Below are positions 32,173-32,526 of a stretch of DNA of 32,526 nucleotides, in pieces. The notes under the pieces are model-generated. The model made no database searches, was not told where the DNA came from, and worked only from the letters and a program-made list of their open reading frames with translations. Both the position numbers and the translations under genes were made by a program. Position 1 is the first letter of the stretch; the number at the start of each line of letters is the position of its first letter. This stretch comes from Jimgerdemannia flammicorona (taxonomy: Eukaryota), in assembly GCA_003990765.1 (NCBI GenBank), contig RBNJ01000342.1, positions 1 to 32,526 of the forward strand. The letters run 5' to 3'.

Positions 32173-32526
32173 TTTGAAAAATCTTCGAGCCTGATGCTTG
32201 AATAACGTCAAATGTTCACTTTGTCTGGTTTTGTTGCAGCACGCCCCATATAATTCATGTAAATGGGATTATTGAAGAGGTTTGGAGTGATGAGGTCTCA
32301 ACCGAATGCTCCCAAGACTGCATGACAGTCTAGAACATTGTGGCATAAATCGGTGTCGCCTACAATATCTTAGGTCATTTGCGCCCAATGCATATGTCAT
32401 TGGGTTCGACGTATCCAGCGAATCAGTTTTAGACGGCAAGGGTTCCAAAGGTCATTTTGAGAATGTGATCGGTGATCGTATCCTTATTGTCAATCGTCGT
32501 ATGTTCATAATCACTTGGGTTCTTTT

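Overview
This is eukaryotic, almost certainly fungal, repeat-rich DNA. The host is probably Mucoromycota (Glomeromycotina or Endogonales), inferred from the Mollicutes-endobacterium-like insert at the right end. The window is a nest of degenerate chromodomain Ty3/Gypsy LTR retrotransposons. An old, AT-rich element C (minus strand, about 1750-31063, 5'-truncated) is split by a complete element A (plus strand, 8102-28804, TSD GTTTC). A is split in its 3' UTR by a sister element B (minus strand, 16299-26436, TSD CC[G/A]AC). A fifth copy of the A/B LTR (1-478) interrupts an Ala/Pro-rich ORF that belongs to a CpG-rich inverted-repeat element with a mini-hairpin spacer (922-1749). A, B and C all encode Gag-CCHC-dUTPase-(CPHG..CxxC)-PR-RT-RH-IN-chromodomain. 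The most notable feature is that the ~2 kb LTRs carry their own ~365-aa gene in U3, with a separate promoter-like module and an acidic, PPxY-containing C-terminus. The distantly related element C has the same LTR layout with a different ORF. The right end (31064-32172) holds two decayed coiled-coil genes that read best with TGA=Trp and resemble genes of Mollicutes-related endobacteria, suggesting endosymbiont DNA integrated in the host nucleus. Decay throughout is dominated by C>T/G>A transitions, especially at CpG.
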